Of a stretch of DNA of 64,000 nt, positions 47,895-58,413 are shown piece by piece. This stretch comes from Candidatus Sericytochromatia bacterium (GTDB lineage: Bacteria > Cyanobacteriota > Sericytochromatia > S15B-MN24 > JAQBPE01). The notes under the pieces were generated by a model. It did no database searches. It saw nothing but the letters and a program-made list of their open reading frames with translations, and was not told the DNA's origin. A program made the translations under genes and the position numbers. The number at the start of each line of letters is the position of its first letter. Positions within the stretch are counted from its first letter, which is position 1. The stretch is taken from NCBI GenBank assembly GCA_040400605.1, contig JBBAPZ010000001.1:158444-222443 (forward strand). Direction: 5' to 3'.

Positions 47895-49448
47895 TCAGGA
47901 CAACGGGAAAGCCTGGTTTCGAATGAACGCACAGATTTCCTTGAACCGCGATCGCACCCCTGTACCGTGTACGACACCCAGCAAGGTCGAGAAAATCTGG
48001 CTTGCGTTGGGTAACAAAGGAAACCACCACAATTTGCCAAAACGCTGCCCACTAACCTCAATGAGGCGCGTGTTCACCATTTCCATCAAGCCGGCCTCGC
48101 CCCCAGACTTGCCAATGCCACTCTCCTTGATGCCCCCGCGTGGCAACAAGGGATTGCCATACGACGCAAGGCCCGTATTAACCCAGATGGTTCCCGCCTG
48201 CAACTGGCCCGCAATGCGCTCGGCCCGTGCCAGATCGGGGGTCCAGATGCTGGCACTCAGACCGAAATTCGATGCATTGGCCGCTTGGATCATCTCGGAT
48301 TCGGATTCACAGACGACGACGGGTAGGAGTGGGCCGAAGGTTTCTTCCTGCATCACCCGCATATCAGGCGTGACACCTGTGAGGATTGTGGGTGCGTAAA
48401 AACACCCTGGCCCATCAAGCCGATGCCCGCCCAACAATACGCTTGCCCCCTTTGCCACGGCATCTTCGACCTGCGCGTCCACCCGTTCGAGTTGTGCTTC
48501 GTTGATGAGTGGACCCACCTGCGAGGCAGGTTCCAGTCCATCGCCCACCACCAGCGCGGCACTTTGCTTGATGAGTTCTGACAAGAATGGGTCCGCGATG
48601 CGCGCATGCACGTAAAGACGCTCAATCGAGGCGCAAACCTGACCTGTATTGGCGAAGGCCCCCCAGACGATGCCGCGAACGGCGAGAGGGATGTTCACGT
48701 CCTCGAGCACCAGTGCAGGGTCCTTGCCGCCCAATTCCAAGGTCGCGCTGCGCAGGCGTGTGGCTGAGGCGATGCCTACGGCGCGGCCGGTTGCAACGGA
48801 GCCAGTGAAGCAGAGGTGGTCGATCGCCCCGTTGGTGAGCGCCTCGCCGGTCGTGCGATCGCCTGTCACGATGGCTAGCACCTCATCTGGAATACCACTC
48901 TGGTGCGCGAGGCGAACCAGTGCCTGTGAGACCAAAGGCGTCAACTCGGAAGGCTTGAACACCACCGTGTTGCCGCTCGCAAGCGCTGGCGCAATATCGG
49001 CGATCGCAAGCAAAACCGGATAATTCCACGGCGCGATGACCCCGATGACCCCTTTCGGACGGTATTGCAGGTACGTCTTGCGCGAAGCCAGGAGCCAGTT
49101 GCCGCCACGTAGGGGGCGATCGCGCAGCAGCCGTTCGCTGTGACGGGCATAGTGCTCAAGAAACTCACACACCGAAAACCACTCACTATACGCATCAGAC
49201 AATGGCTTGCCGTTTTCTTGCGTCAGCAAGCGCGCTAACGCCTCACGGTCCCGCACGATCGCAGCTTTCCAGGCCCGCAGGCGTCGCGCCCGTTCACGGT
49301 AACCAAGTTCCCACCAGGCCGCCTGGGCGGAGCGCGCAGACGCGATCGCTGTATCCACCTGTTCAGGTGAAGCAATCACAACGGTGCCTACGACCGCCTT
49401 TGTAGCAGGGTTGGTCGAGACGAGGCACGGCCCCTGTACATCTGTCAT
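47895..49448 (-). CDS. NAD(P)-dependent aldehyde dehydrogenase
   Basis: IAPWNYP, KPSELTP, FTGS, LELGGKDP, GQVCAS, EETFGP. Confidence 0.95.
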   Translation of the reverse strand: MTDVQGPCLVSTNPATKAVVGTVVIASPEQVDTAIASARSAQAAWWELGYRERARRLRAWKAAIVRDREALARLLTQENGKPLSDAYSEWFSVCEFLEHYARHSERLLRDRPLRGGNWLLASRKTYLQYRPKGVIGVIAPWNYPVLLAIADIAPALASGNTVVFKPSELTPLVSQALVRLAHQSGIPDEVLAIVTGDRTTGEALTNGAIDHLCFTGSVATGRAVGIASATRLRSATLELGGKDPALVLEDVNIPLAVRGIVWGAFANTGQVCASIERLYVHARIADPFLSELIKQSAALVVGDGLEPASQVGPLINEAQLERVDAQVEDAVAKGASVLLGGHRLDGPGCFYAPTILTGVTPDMRVMQEETFGPLLPVVVCESESEMIQAANASNFGLSASIWTPDLARAERIAGQLQAGTIWVNTGLASYGNPLLPRGGIKESGIGKSGGEAGLMEMVNTRLIEVSGQRFGKLWWFPLLPNASQIFSTLLGVVHGTGVRSRFKEICAFIRNQAFPLS

Positions 49449-49820
49449 TGTGCGCTTCAAACGCTGCCCCCCTGCGCCTCCGCAATCGGTATCCATACCG
49501 CCACTATACACCAGGATGCCGCCCACCTCACGCAAGCCCCGTTTAGACCATTCAGGTGCGCGGAACCACCAGCTTGTTTTGACACCGGCTCAGAGCGGGT
49601 GCAACCAGTCTTGGCATCCGGAGCGACGTCCCCTTGTGCCGGTCGCTTCGTGCCTTAAAGAAGTCGCCACTTGTGCTTGATGTCGGTTAATGTCGTGTTC
49701 AAAACCGGGTTTGCACCGTGAGGCGTGAATTTCCGTTGCGGGATGTGCGTCTGTGATACCTTTAAAGAAGTGGGGCCATTACAATCACTCCCCGGGACAC
49801 AAGTCTGGCAGGATACCGTT

Positions 49821-52800
49821 ATGAGTCTGGCACGCGTTGCATATTATCTGAAAGAAGCAGGGGCTGTCACCCCGCTCATCCAAGCGCTTGCAGGCACATC
49901 GCCCACACTCACCCGCGTGGGCGGCCTCGCAACCACTTCCAGGGCAGCCGTTATCGCAGCTCTCGCCCAATCCGGTCAGATGGGTCTCTTCATCGCGCGA
50001 AACCATGACCAGGCCCAAGCGTACCTGAGCCTGTTTGAGTCTTTTAGTCTGGATGCCGCCTATTTTCCTGGTGCCGAGGCATCCCTCTATGAAAGCGGGG
50101 CAAGTGATTCCGACACGCACGTTGAGCAGCAACGCGTGTTGGCCCGAGTGTTGAATGGCGAGGTGAAATGGGTCATCACCACGCCGCGGGGACTGGCCAA
50201 GCGCTTGGTGACCCCAGATGACTACCGTGCAGCGTGTCAGGCATTACGGGTGGGCGATCGCACGGCGCCCGCCAAACTGGTTCAAGAACTCGTCCGCCTT
50301 GGGTATCGCGCGGTGCCACAGGTCAACCAGATTGGTGACTTTGCCAGGCGTGGTGGCATCGTGGATGTGTTCTCGCCGGCCACGGATACGCCGGTGCGCC
50401 TTGAGTGGTTCGGGGATGAGATTGATTCTATGCGCGCGTTCGAACCGGAAAGTCAGCGTTCGGGCGACAGCGTGCCAGGTCTCACCCTGATTCCAGTGGG
50501 TGAACTGCTGCTGCCCACGGACGGACCCGGTGATTTTGAGCGACATGTACGAGAGGCGTTTGTCAGGGCGCAGAAAAAGCTGAACTTTATTGCCAATCGG
50601 CTCAAAGCGGAGAGTGAACAGGCGATCGCCCGGCTTGCCGCTTTCAACTACTTTGAAGGCTGCGGTTACTACGCCCCGTTCATTCACGAACGGATGGGCA
50701 CCTTGCTCGACTATTTGCCAGTGAGCACGGCTCTGTACTGGGAAGAACGTACAGCGATTGCGTCGGAATTAAAAAAATGGGGCGCGAAGCAAGACGATGC
50801 TTACCTCAAAGGCGTGAGTGACGGCCGCCTGTTGCCTTTGCCGTATTTATTGCATCTCTCGGGAGACGAATGCCTGAATCTGGCCGCGGTGCGCCATCAA
50901 GTCGATTTTAGCGTCGACAGTGCGTCCGAACGGCATATCGACGGGCCTGAGGCGCAACGCTTTCACAGTGATTTCGACAAGCTTGCGATCCAGCTCAATC
51001 AGTGGCAGCACGCCGGGCAACGGGTGCTTGTGGTCACCCAGCAGCCACAACGGGCCTTCGCCATTTTGGATGAACGCGGCGTGAACGCATCGCTCGCGGC
51101 GCCGCCCGAAGCCTACGGTGGTGAGACGGGTGGCATCTGGGTCGTGCGTGAAGGGCTTGCGCAGGGGTGTGCGTTCCCGGATTTAAAATTGGTGGTCCTG
51201 ACGGACTTGGAGTTATTTGGTCAACACCGCCGCAGTTCAGGGAAGCGGTATCGCAAATTCACCAACCAAGGTGCCAGTGTGTCCTCAGTTGCGGAACTGA
51301 AGCCCGGGGACTACGTCGTTCACGCCAAGCATGGCATCGGGCGCTACGTGGGCTTGACGCGCATGGCTGTGGACAACCAGGAACGCGAATACCTGTCGCT
51401 GGTGTATCTGAACGATGACAAGTTGTTTGTGCCCGTGGAGCAGGTGAATTTGCTCCATCGCTATCGGGCCAGCGGAGAAGGTGCGGCACCGCGTCTGCAC
51501 AAAATGGGGGGTGTGGAATGGGAAAACACCAAGAAACGGGTGAAAAAGGGCTTGCTCGATCTGGCGGATGACCTGGTCAAACTGTATGCCGAACGTGCCA
51601 GTTTGGAGGGTTTTGCCTGCCCGCCTGACACACCGTGGCAGCGCGAGATGGAAGAAGCATTTCCGTATCAGGAGACCTTGGATCAGCTAAAAGCCATTCA
51701 AGAGACCAAAGCGGACATGGAAAAGCCGCGTCCCATGGACCGCCTGGTGTGCGGGGATGTGGGATTCGGCAAAACGGAAGTGGCCATTCGTGCCACTTTC
51801 AAAGCCGTCATGGCTGGCAGACAAGTCGCGATACTCGCGCCAACAACGGTACTCGCGCAGCAGCATTACATGGTGTTTCGCGAGCGTTTTGCGCCTTACC
51901 CGATTCGAGTGGGCTTGCTGTCGCGTTTTCGAACGGCCAAGGAGCAAAAAGAGGTCGTGTCGAAGTTGCGTTCGGGCGAAATGGATGTGGTCATTGGCAC
52001 CCACCGCCTGTTAAGCAAGGACATGGGGTTCAATGCACTGGGCCTGGTGGTGATTGACGAGGAACATCGCTTCGGGGTGGCCAATAAGGAACGCCTCAAG
52101 CAGGTGAAGTCCATGGTGGATGTGTTGACCATGAGTGCGACACCCATTCCAAGGACACTTTACATGGCGTTATCCGGGGCGCGGGATATGAGTCTGATTG
52201 CCACGCCGCCCCTCAACCGGCAGCCGGTGAAAACAATTGTCGGTCCTTATGATCCAGAGGCCGTTCGTCAGGCCATTTTGCATGAAATCGGTCGCGAGGG
52301 TCAGGTATTCTTCTTGCACAACCGCATCGAATCGATTGGCGCGGTGGCGCAGCAACTGGCGCAACTGGTGCCGGAGGCACGTGTAAGGGTGGCACACGGG
52401 CAGATGAACGAAGCCGAACTCGAAGATATCATGCTGGCCTTTAAAGACCATGAGTTTGACATTCTGCTCTGCACCACCATCATCGAGTCGGGCCTGGATA
52501 TTCCACGGGCCAATACGATGATCATCGACAATGCGGATGGTCTGGGCCTGGCGCAGCTATACCAACTGCGGGGCCGGGTGGGACGTTCTGAGACCAAGGC
52601 TTACTGTCACTGCTACTACCGGGCCGGAAAGGAATTGACGGATGAGGCACGCGATCGCCTGCAGGCCCTGAGTCAATTCACGGCGCTTGGTTCCGGCTAC
52701 CAGATTGCGATGCGCGATCTTGAAATCAGAGGCGTTGGCAATTTGCTCGGTGCTGAACAGCACGGGCATATGGTGTCAATTGGTTTCGACCTTTACACCC

Positions 52801-53306
52801 AACTACTGGAGGAGGCCATCGAATCTGCGCGCGGCAGCGAGGTCACCAAACCTTTGGAGTCGACCGTGGTGGATCTTCACGTCAGCGCCTTTATTCCAGA
52901 AGATTATTTGGGTGAGGGTGCCGACAAGATGGCGCAGTACCGGCGCCTGGCGAGTGTCACCGGGGAACGCGAATTGGCGTTGCTGCAAGCGGAATGGCAG
53001 GAGCGTTTTGGCAAGTTCCCCACCTCCGTCATCAATCTTTTCCGCATTGTTGGGGTCAAGTTGCTCGCGACCGAACTGGGTATTCAAGCCATCAGGACGG
53101 ATAGCAAGTTCATTCGCATTCAAGGCGGCAACGTGACCGCGCAGGCATTTTTCAAAGTGCGTGCAGCCGACAGGGGCTTAAGTGCCTGGAATTATACGGC
53201 ACAAGAGATCACGCTGGGACGGGGAAATCTTCGTCCTGAAGACGAACTGACGGCGCTTGAACGCTTGCTCAAACCATTGGCGGACAGTATACTTAGCGCC
53301 GTTTGA
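49821..53306 (+). CDS. mfd: transcription-repair coupling factor
   Basis: GDYVVH..HGIGRY, GDVGFGKTEVA, DEEHRFGV, SATPIPRTL, QLRGRVGR, DLEIRG.GNLLG. Confidence 0.97.
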   Translation: MSLARVAYYLKEAGAVTPLIQALAGTSPTLTRVGGLATTSRAAVIAALAQSGQMGLFIARNHDQAQAYLSLFESFSLDAAYFPGAEASLYESGASDSDTHVEQQRVLARVLNGEVKWVITTPRGLAKRLVTPDDYRAACQALRVGDRTAPAKLVQELVRLGYRAVPQVNQIGDFARRGGIVDVFSPATDTPVRLEWFGDEIDSMRAFEPESQRSGDSVPGLTLIPVGELLLPTDGPGDFERHVREAFVRAQKKLNFIANRLKAESEQAIARLAAFNYFEGCGYYAPFIHERMGTLLDYLPVSTALYWEERTAIASELKKWGAKQDDAYLKGVSDGRLLPLPYLLHLSGDECLNLAAVRHQVDFSVDSASERHIDGPEAQRFHSDFDKLAIQLNQWQHAGQRVLVVTQQPQRAFAILDERGVNASLAAPPEAYGGETGGIWVVREGLAQGCAFPDLKLVVLTDLELFGQHRRSSGKRYRKFTNQGASVSSVAELKPGDYVVHAKHGIGRYVGLTRMAVDNQEREYLSLVYLNDDKLFVPVEQVNLLHRYRASGEGAAPRLHKMGGVEWENTKKRVKKGLLDLADDLVKLYAERASLEGFACPPDTPWQREMEEAFPYQETLDQLKAIQETKADMEKPRPMDRLVCGDVGFGKTEVAIRATFKAVMAGRQVAILAPTTVLAQQHYMVFRERFAPYPIRVGLLSRFRTAKEQKEVVSKLRSGEMDVVIGTHRLLSKDMGFNALGLVVIDEEHRFGVANKERLKQVKSMVDVLTMSATPIPRTLYMALSGARDMSLIATPPLNRQPVKTIVGPYDPEAVRQAILHEIGREGQVFFLHNRIESIGAVAQQLAQLVPEARVRVAHGQMNEAELEDIMLAFKDHEFDILLCTTIIESGLDIPRANTMIIDNADGLGLAQLYQLRGRVGRSETKAYCHCYYRAGKELTDEARDRLQALSQFTALGSGYQIAMRDLEIRGVGNLLGAEQHGHMVSIGFDLYTQLLEEAIESARGSEVTKPLESTVVDLHVSAFIPEDYLGEGADKMAQYRRLASVTGERELALLQAEWQERFGKFPTSVINLFRIVGVKLLATELGIQAIRTDSKFIRIQGGNVTAQAFFKVRAADRGLSAWNYTAQEITLGRGNLRPEDELTALERLLKPLADSILSAV

Positions 53307-53345
53307 TGCGCTTTGATGCTTCATTTGTAACCGAGGATTCCATTC

Positions 53346-54437
53346 TTGCAAGAGTCAACATTACGGGCATTACAGGGAATCGCTGCCGCGGTGGGCATTG
53401 GTTTGGTGGCCACGCTCATCGCCTGGTATGCGGAAACTTATCGCAACTATGCGGCCATCGTGGATGGCACGTATATTTCCCGTGCGGACTATGAGACACT
53501 GGCCGAACGGATGAAAAAAGACTATTCCGCCCGTTTCGGCGTTGATTTTGACTCCGAAAACGGCAAACGGATCGCAGCGGACATCAAAGAGACGCTGGTC
53601 AAGCAGTTGATTGATCGGGAACTGGTCAGGCAAGAGGCCACGCGGCGCAAAATTGTGGTTGGCGATGCCATGGTTGAAGATCGCATCACCACCATCAAAC
53701 GCGACTTCAAGGAAAAAGGGGCTTTCGAACAAGCCCTTCAAAACAATCAAATGACTGTGGATGCTTTCAAGGAACGTATCAGGGAAACCTTGCTGGTTGA
53801 AACGGTATCCAAAGCAGTCAACAAGGAGTCTCAGATATCCGAAACGGCCATCCAGCGCTATTACGAGAAAAACAAGGAACTGTTCCGCCGGCCTGAAGAG
53901 GTTAATGCACGTCATATTTTGGTCAAGGATGAAAAATCGGCCAAGGACATTTTACGTAAGCTAAAGGCTAACGAGCCATTTACAGGCCTTGCCATGGTGT
54001 ATTCTCTTGACCCGGGTTCCAAATCGCGGGGGGGGGAATTGGGTTACTTTACCCGTGGTCAGATGGTGCCGGAGTTTGAGAAGGTGGCTTTCGCGTTGAA
54101 GTATCGCGAGGTGAGCAAGCCGGTTAAAACGCAGTTTGGATACCATATCATTCAAGGGGGGGAACTTCGACCGGCTCGCATTTTGCCGTTGAACAACGTG
54201 CGCGAGGACATCAAGGAGCGTATCTTGCGCGAAAACTCGCAGCAGGCTTACCAGCGTTGGCTGACCGAGCGGCGCGCGAAAGCCGATATCAGCTACGGCC
54301 AGGCTTTCAAACCTGCCGTGCTTGAGACCTCAGCGCCAACACCCGGCGCGTTGCCCACATCGATTGCGTCACCGAAAGGCAAATCTGCGCCAGTGACGGC
54401 GGCACCGGCCAAACCGGGTACAGGCACACGGCCGTGA
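53346..54437 (+). CDS. PrsA/SurA-type parvulin peptidyl-prolyl isomerase
   Basis: N-terminal TM, SurA-like N domain, ARHILV, GGELG.F..GQMVPEFE, PVKTQFGYHII. Confidence 0.92.
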   Translation: MQESTLRALQGIAAAVGIGLVATLIAWYAETYRNYAAIVDGTYISRADYETLAERMKKDYSARFGVDFDSENGKRIAADIKETLVKQLIDRELVRQEATRRKIVVGDAMVEDRITTIKRDFKEKGAFEQALQNNQMTVDAFKERIRETLLVETVSKAVNKESQISETAIQRYYEKNKELFRRPEEVNARHILVKDEKSAKDILRKLKANEPFTGLAMVYSLDPGSKSRGGELGYFTRGQMVPEFEKVAFALKYREVSKPVKTQFGYHIIQGGELRPARILPLNNVREDIKERILRENSQQAYQRWLTERRAKADISYGQAFKPAVLETSAPTPGALPTSIASPKGKSAPVTAAPAKPGTGTRP

Positions 54438-55924
54438 TGCCTGCGATGACGGGAGGCGGACCCGATGCCGCTCAAACTGGCATCACCGTTGTGGGCTTGG
54501 GGCCGGGGGACCTTGAGTTGTTAACGGTGTCGGCGCGTCGTGCGATCGATGAAGCCACAGCATTGTACGTACGCACGGAGCGCCATCCAACGGTTGTGGC
54601 GCTGCAAGCGGAGGGCAAAACGTTTGCGTCCTTCGATCACCTCTATGAGCGCGGCAGCGACTTCGATACCTTGTATCAGTCAATCGTTGCTGAGTTGCTC
54701 CGTGCGGGTGCTACGCAACCGGTTGTCTATGCGGTGCCTGGTCATCCTCTCGTGGCAGAGCGAACCGTCCTTGCGCTGCTTGCACAAAAGGAGATTCCGG
54801 TGCGGGTGATCGCCGGTTTATCCGGTCTTGAAGCGACTTACACAGCGCTCGGTATCAATCCCGCAGAGGGTTTGCAGATTTTGGACGCTTTGGGGATCGA
54901 GGGGCTGCAACCCAATCCGGAGATGGCGTGTTTGGTCCTGCAGGTTTACAACCGCCGGGTGGCTGGTCAGGTCAAGCTGCATTTGATGCGTTTTTATCCT
55001 GACGAACATCCCGTGCGTCTGGTAACGGCAGCGTCGGTCAGTGGGGAAGAGGTGGTGCGCACGTTGCCATTGTTTGAGTTGGATCGTGTCGCTGACGTCA
55101 ATCATTTGAGCAGCCTGTATGTGCCATCTGCGCCGGCAATTGGTGTGGAGCGTCTGCGGCAGATTGTCGATCGCCTGCGCGGACCGGGCGGCTGCCCGTG
55201 GGATCAGGAGCAAACCCATCAAAGCTTGACGCGGTATATGCTCGAAGAAGCTTACGAAGCCATTGATGCCATTGAGTCGGGTGACACAGCCGCACTGATT
55301 GAGGAACTCGGCGATGTGTTGTTACAGGTGGTGCTGCACGCGAGGATTGCGGAAGAGTCCGATGAAGGGTTTGATTTGCGCGAGGTTGCAGATGCGATTT
55401 CGGACAAGTTGATTTTCAGACATCCCCACGTGTTTGGCGACGCACAGGTTGCGAACACGGATGAGGTTCTGGCCAATTGGGAAGTTTTGAAGCAGGTTGA
55501 GAAACATCAAAAAGGCGTTGAGTCAGCGTCCTTGTTGGGGCAACTGCCTGCGATGGCTGCGTTGGGTTTTGCGGAAAAGACGGTCAAGCGCGCGATGAAG
55601 GTTGGGTTTGCGTGGCCGGATGTGGCGGCGGCGCAGGCCAAGTTGCAAGAGGAGTGGCAAGAGTTTGAGCTTGCGATCGCGACCGCTGACAAAACTGCCA
55701 TGGCTGCGGAGTTGGGGGACTTTCTGTTTGCGATTGTGGGTGTGGCGGCGATGCTCAAGTTGGATCCCGAAGTCTCTTTGCGGGCAGCCGTTCGTCGTTT
55801 CGTCTCGCGATTTGAACAAATGGAGTCGGTTTGTCAGGCAGAGGGCGATCGTTGGGAGCAGTTGTCACTAGACGATCGCCTCGCGCTCTGGATGCGCGTC
55901 AAACGGATTGCATCCACACGATGA
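54434..55924 (+). CDS. mazG: YabN-type tetrapyrrole-methylase-like / MazG nucleotide pyrophosphohydrolase fusion
   Basis: VVGLGPGD, YAVPGHPLVAE, GCPWDQEQTH, EEAYE, EELGDVLLQ, RHPHVF. Confidence 0.92.
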   Translation: MMPAMTGGGPDAAQTGITVVGLGPGDLELLTVSARRAIDEATALYVRTERHPTVVALQAEGKTFASFDHLYERGSDFDTLYQSIVAELLRAGATQPVVYAVPGHPLVAERTVLALLAQKEIPVRVIAGLSGLEATYTALGINPAEGLQILDALGIEGLQPNPEMACLVLQVYNRRVAGQVKLHLMRFYPDEHPVRLVTAASVSGEEVVRTLPLFELDRVADVNHLSSLYVPSAPAIGVERLRQIVDRLRGPGGCPWDQEQTHQSLTRYMLEEAYEAIDAIESGDTAALIEELGDVLLQVVLHARIAEESDEGFDLREVADAISDKLIFRHPHVFGDAQVANTDEVLANWEVLKQVEKHQKGVESASLLGQLPAMAALGFAEKTVKRAMKVGFAWPDVAAAQAKLQEEWQEFELAIATADKTAMAAELGDFLFAIVGVAAMLKLDPEVSLRAAVRRFVSRFEQMESVCQAEGDRWEQLSLDDRLALWMRVKRIASTR

Positions 55925-56372
55925 GCCGCTTGCTGAGTGCTGGTTTGTGCGCTTTGATCAGGGGCCCTCTGTGCGCTCGCACGCCGGATAACCAATACCG
56001 GTCTCAGTACAGGTGAAGCAGGTGGTCAAGCAAACGCTGTCAGTTCACCGAGAGTCCTCCTGGTCATCGGGTCTGGGCTTTGTCAATGAAAGCATCCGAG
56101 CCACAGAACGGGCGATTTCGGTTGAGCGACGAAGGTCACTCAAACAATCATCTCAACACTTTTCGATCCCGTGACATGATGAACGGGGGGCAGATGAGCA
56201 ACGGTTTGCTCTGAAATGGGTCGACTGTACCAGCTACAGGGGCGTGCGGGACGAATGATTGGGTCTGGATAAAGAAGCGCGATCGGGATGGCTGGTGCGT
56301 CATGCACTAACAAAACTGGAAAAATCGTGTATACATAAAGGCGTGACACAACGGGTTGGCAAGGTGGATCGG

Positions 56373-57746
56373 ATGCGTGACAGATTGAAACGGACCCAGC
56401 GACTGGTGGGGTTTGCATCGCTTGCCCTGGGTGTACTGCTGGCGGGTGGTATTCCCTCTGAGGCCTGTACATCGCCTTCGTCAGTGATGGTGGATGTTGA
56501 CAAGTTGACCAATCGTGCGGTGGAGCAGGATCGACAAGGCGAGTTTCAGTTGGCGATCGCGGATCTCAAACAGGTTTTAGACGCCAATCCGCAGTTGCGC
56601 AGGCCCCGTTATTTCCTGGCCAATACATATTGGCGTGACAATCAGTGGGTGGCTGCGCGCAGGGAATGGGAGATTCTGTTACGCCAGGAACAGTCTGACC
56701 GCTTGGGTCAAGAGGCGTATAACTGGTTGAAAGAGTATGATCAGCGCGCCGCAGCGCCCACTGTTACCACCTACGTTGGACAAGCTGCAGGTTTTCGTGA
56801 CGGCACCTTGGACGTGGCGCAGTTTCGCAACCCGACCGGACTCACGATTGACAGGCTGGGGCGACTCTACGTTGCCGATACCGGTAACTGTCGCATCCGC
56901 AGAGTCGAAACTGACGGTCGGGTGGTGACTGTGGCTGGATCAGGTCGGAAAGGGTACAAAGATGGTCTGGCGCTGGCTGCAAGCCTTGATAGTCCTCGCA
57001 GTGTCTGCGTGGACCGGGCGGGAAACTGTTTTTTCATTGACGGCTATCGTATACGCTTTGTAACCCCGGGTGGCAAGGTGGGGACGTTAACGGGAGCAGC
57101 CCAAGCCGGAGTGGAAGACGGTGACTACCGCACTGCCCGATTGTCAAACCCGGAAACGATTGCCATCGACGCATTTGGTAACGTGTGGCTGGCGGACAAC
57201 GGAACCGCGATTCGCTTGGTCAATCCGCAAGGTGATGTGCGGCTGGTAGCTGGCAGCCTCGAAACGGGTGGTAACCAGGACGGCCCTGGCTTGCAGGCCC
57301 GTTTTGGTCATATCACGGCGATGAGTTTTAAAGACCCCAATCATTTGCTTTTGTTTGATTCGATACACCGACGGGTATCGGAACTGGAAACAACCAGCGG
57401 GAAGGTAAAGCACTTCAGTGCCTGCGGTAAAAACGGATACTTGGATGGCCCGCTTGCGGCGGCTCATTTCAGCGCATTCACGGCGGCTTTTTACGATGAC
57501 AGGAAGCAGGCCATTTATGTGGCAGATGACGGCAATCATGCCTTGCGCCTGATAACGCCCGATGAACAGGTCGTAACCTTGGCGGGTGGTTTTGACGGTG
57601 GCGGTACACGTTATGACGGGACGGGCATATTTGCGCGGTTCGGTACCGTTGGACCCTTGACTGTCTGGAATGATACGGTTTATGTGCTGGATCGTGATCG
57701 GCATTGCATTCGGCGTGTGAATGTCAAGTTACCAGAAGACGAGTAA
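56373..57746 (+). CDS. exported TPR + NHL-repeat protein
   Basis: Signal peptide, a TPR pair, repeated DG....A.F..P.....D..G.LYVAD.GN..IR motifs. Confidence 0.85.
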   Translation: MRDRLKRTQRLVGFASLALGVLLAGGIPSEACTSPSSVMVDVDKLTNRAVEQDRQGEFQLAIADLKQVLDANPQLRRPRYFLANTYWRDNQWVAARREWEILLRQEQSDRLGQEAYNWLKEYDQRAAAPTVTTYVGQAAGFRDGTLDVAQFRNPTGLTIDRLGRLYVADTGNCRIRRVETDGRVVTVAGSGRKGYKDGLALAASLDSPRSVCVDRAGNCFFIDGYRIRFVTPGGKVGTLTGAAQAGVEDGDYRTARLSNPETIAIDAFGNVWLADNGTAIRLVNPQGDVRLVAGSLETGGNQDGPGLQARFGHITAMSFKDPNHLLLFDSIHRRVSELETTSGKVKHFSACGKNGYLDGPLAAAHFSAFTAAFYDDRKQAIYVADDGNHALRLITPDEQVVTLAGGFDGGGTRYDGTGIFARFGTVGPLTVWNDTVYVLDRDRHCIRRVNVKLPEDE

Positions 57747-57791
57747 GCCCGCTGGGCAGAGCGAGCGGCGTCAAGAGGGGTTATAAAAGCC

Positions 57792-58412
57792 ATGTTCAAA
57801 TCGCGGAACGCGGATGAGTTGTATCGACATTTAAATTTGCTGGGCAACAATTTAGTGCTGTCAGTGACGCAGTTTGAGTCGATGGTGCAGGATTGGGATC
57901 AGCGAAGGGTCCATATGCAGGCGATTCAGGCCAGCGAACTGGAAGGCGATCGCCTGTTGCGTGATTTGCGCGACTATCTGAAAGATACATTTTTCGTGCC
58001 GGGCGATCGCGCAGCCGTCTATGCAGTCACCAACGAACTGGATGACATTGTCGATCGCGCCTTGAAAATCTCTGATTACATGCTGCTATACAAAGTTGAC
58101 GTGCCGCCACAGGCGTTTGGCGAACTGGCGGCCATCCTGAAACAATGCGCAAGCAGGCTTCAACGGGCACTCACACTGTTGCCGGAACGCAAGCGGCGTG
58201 CAGAAGTGAATCAACTGTGCCTGGAGGTTGTTGATCTGCAAGGCGCCGCGGATGACATCCATCACCGCGGACTCACCGAATTGTTCGACCACCCGCAAGA
58301 CCTCATTGCGCTCCTCAAATGGAAAGACCTTTACGATTGGGTCGAAGACGCCGTCGATCACGCTAACCACGTCGCCTATCGCCTCATTGCACTGAATGGC
58401 GCCTTGCACTGA
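57792..58412 (+). CDS. DUF47 / PhoU-like phosphate transport regulator family protein
   Basis: E.EGD, L.DTFFVP.DR, LDDIVD, LF......ALLKWKDLYDWVEDAVD. Confidence 0.88.
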   Translation: MFKSRNADELYRHLNLLGNNLVLSVTQFESMVQDWDQRRVHMQAIQASELEGDRLLRDLRDYLKDTFFVPGDRAAVYAVTNELDDIVDRALKISDYMLLYKVDVPPQAFGELAAILKQCASRLQRALTLLPERKRRAEVNQLCLEVVDLQGAADDIHHRGLTELFDHPQDLIALLKWKDLYDWVEDAVDHANHVAYRLIALNGALH

Positions 58413-58413
58413 C

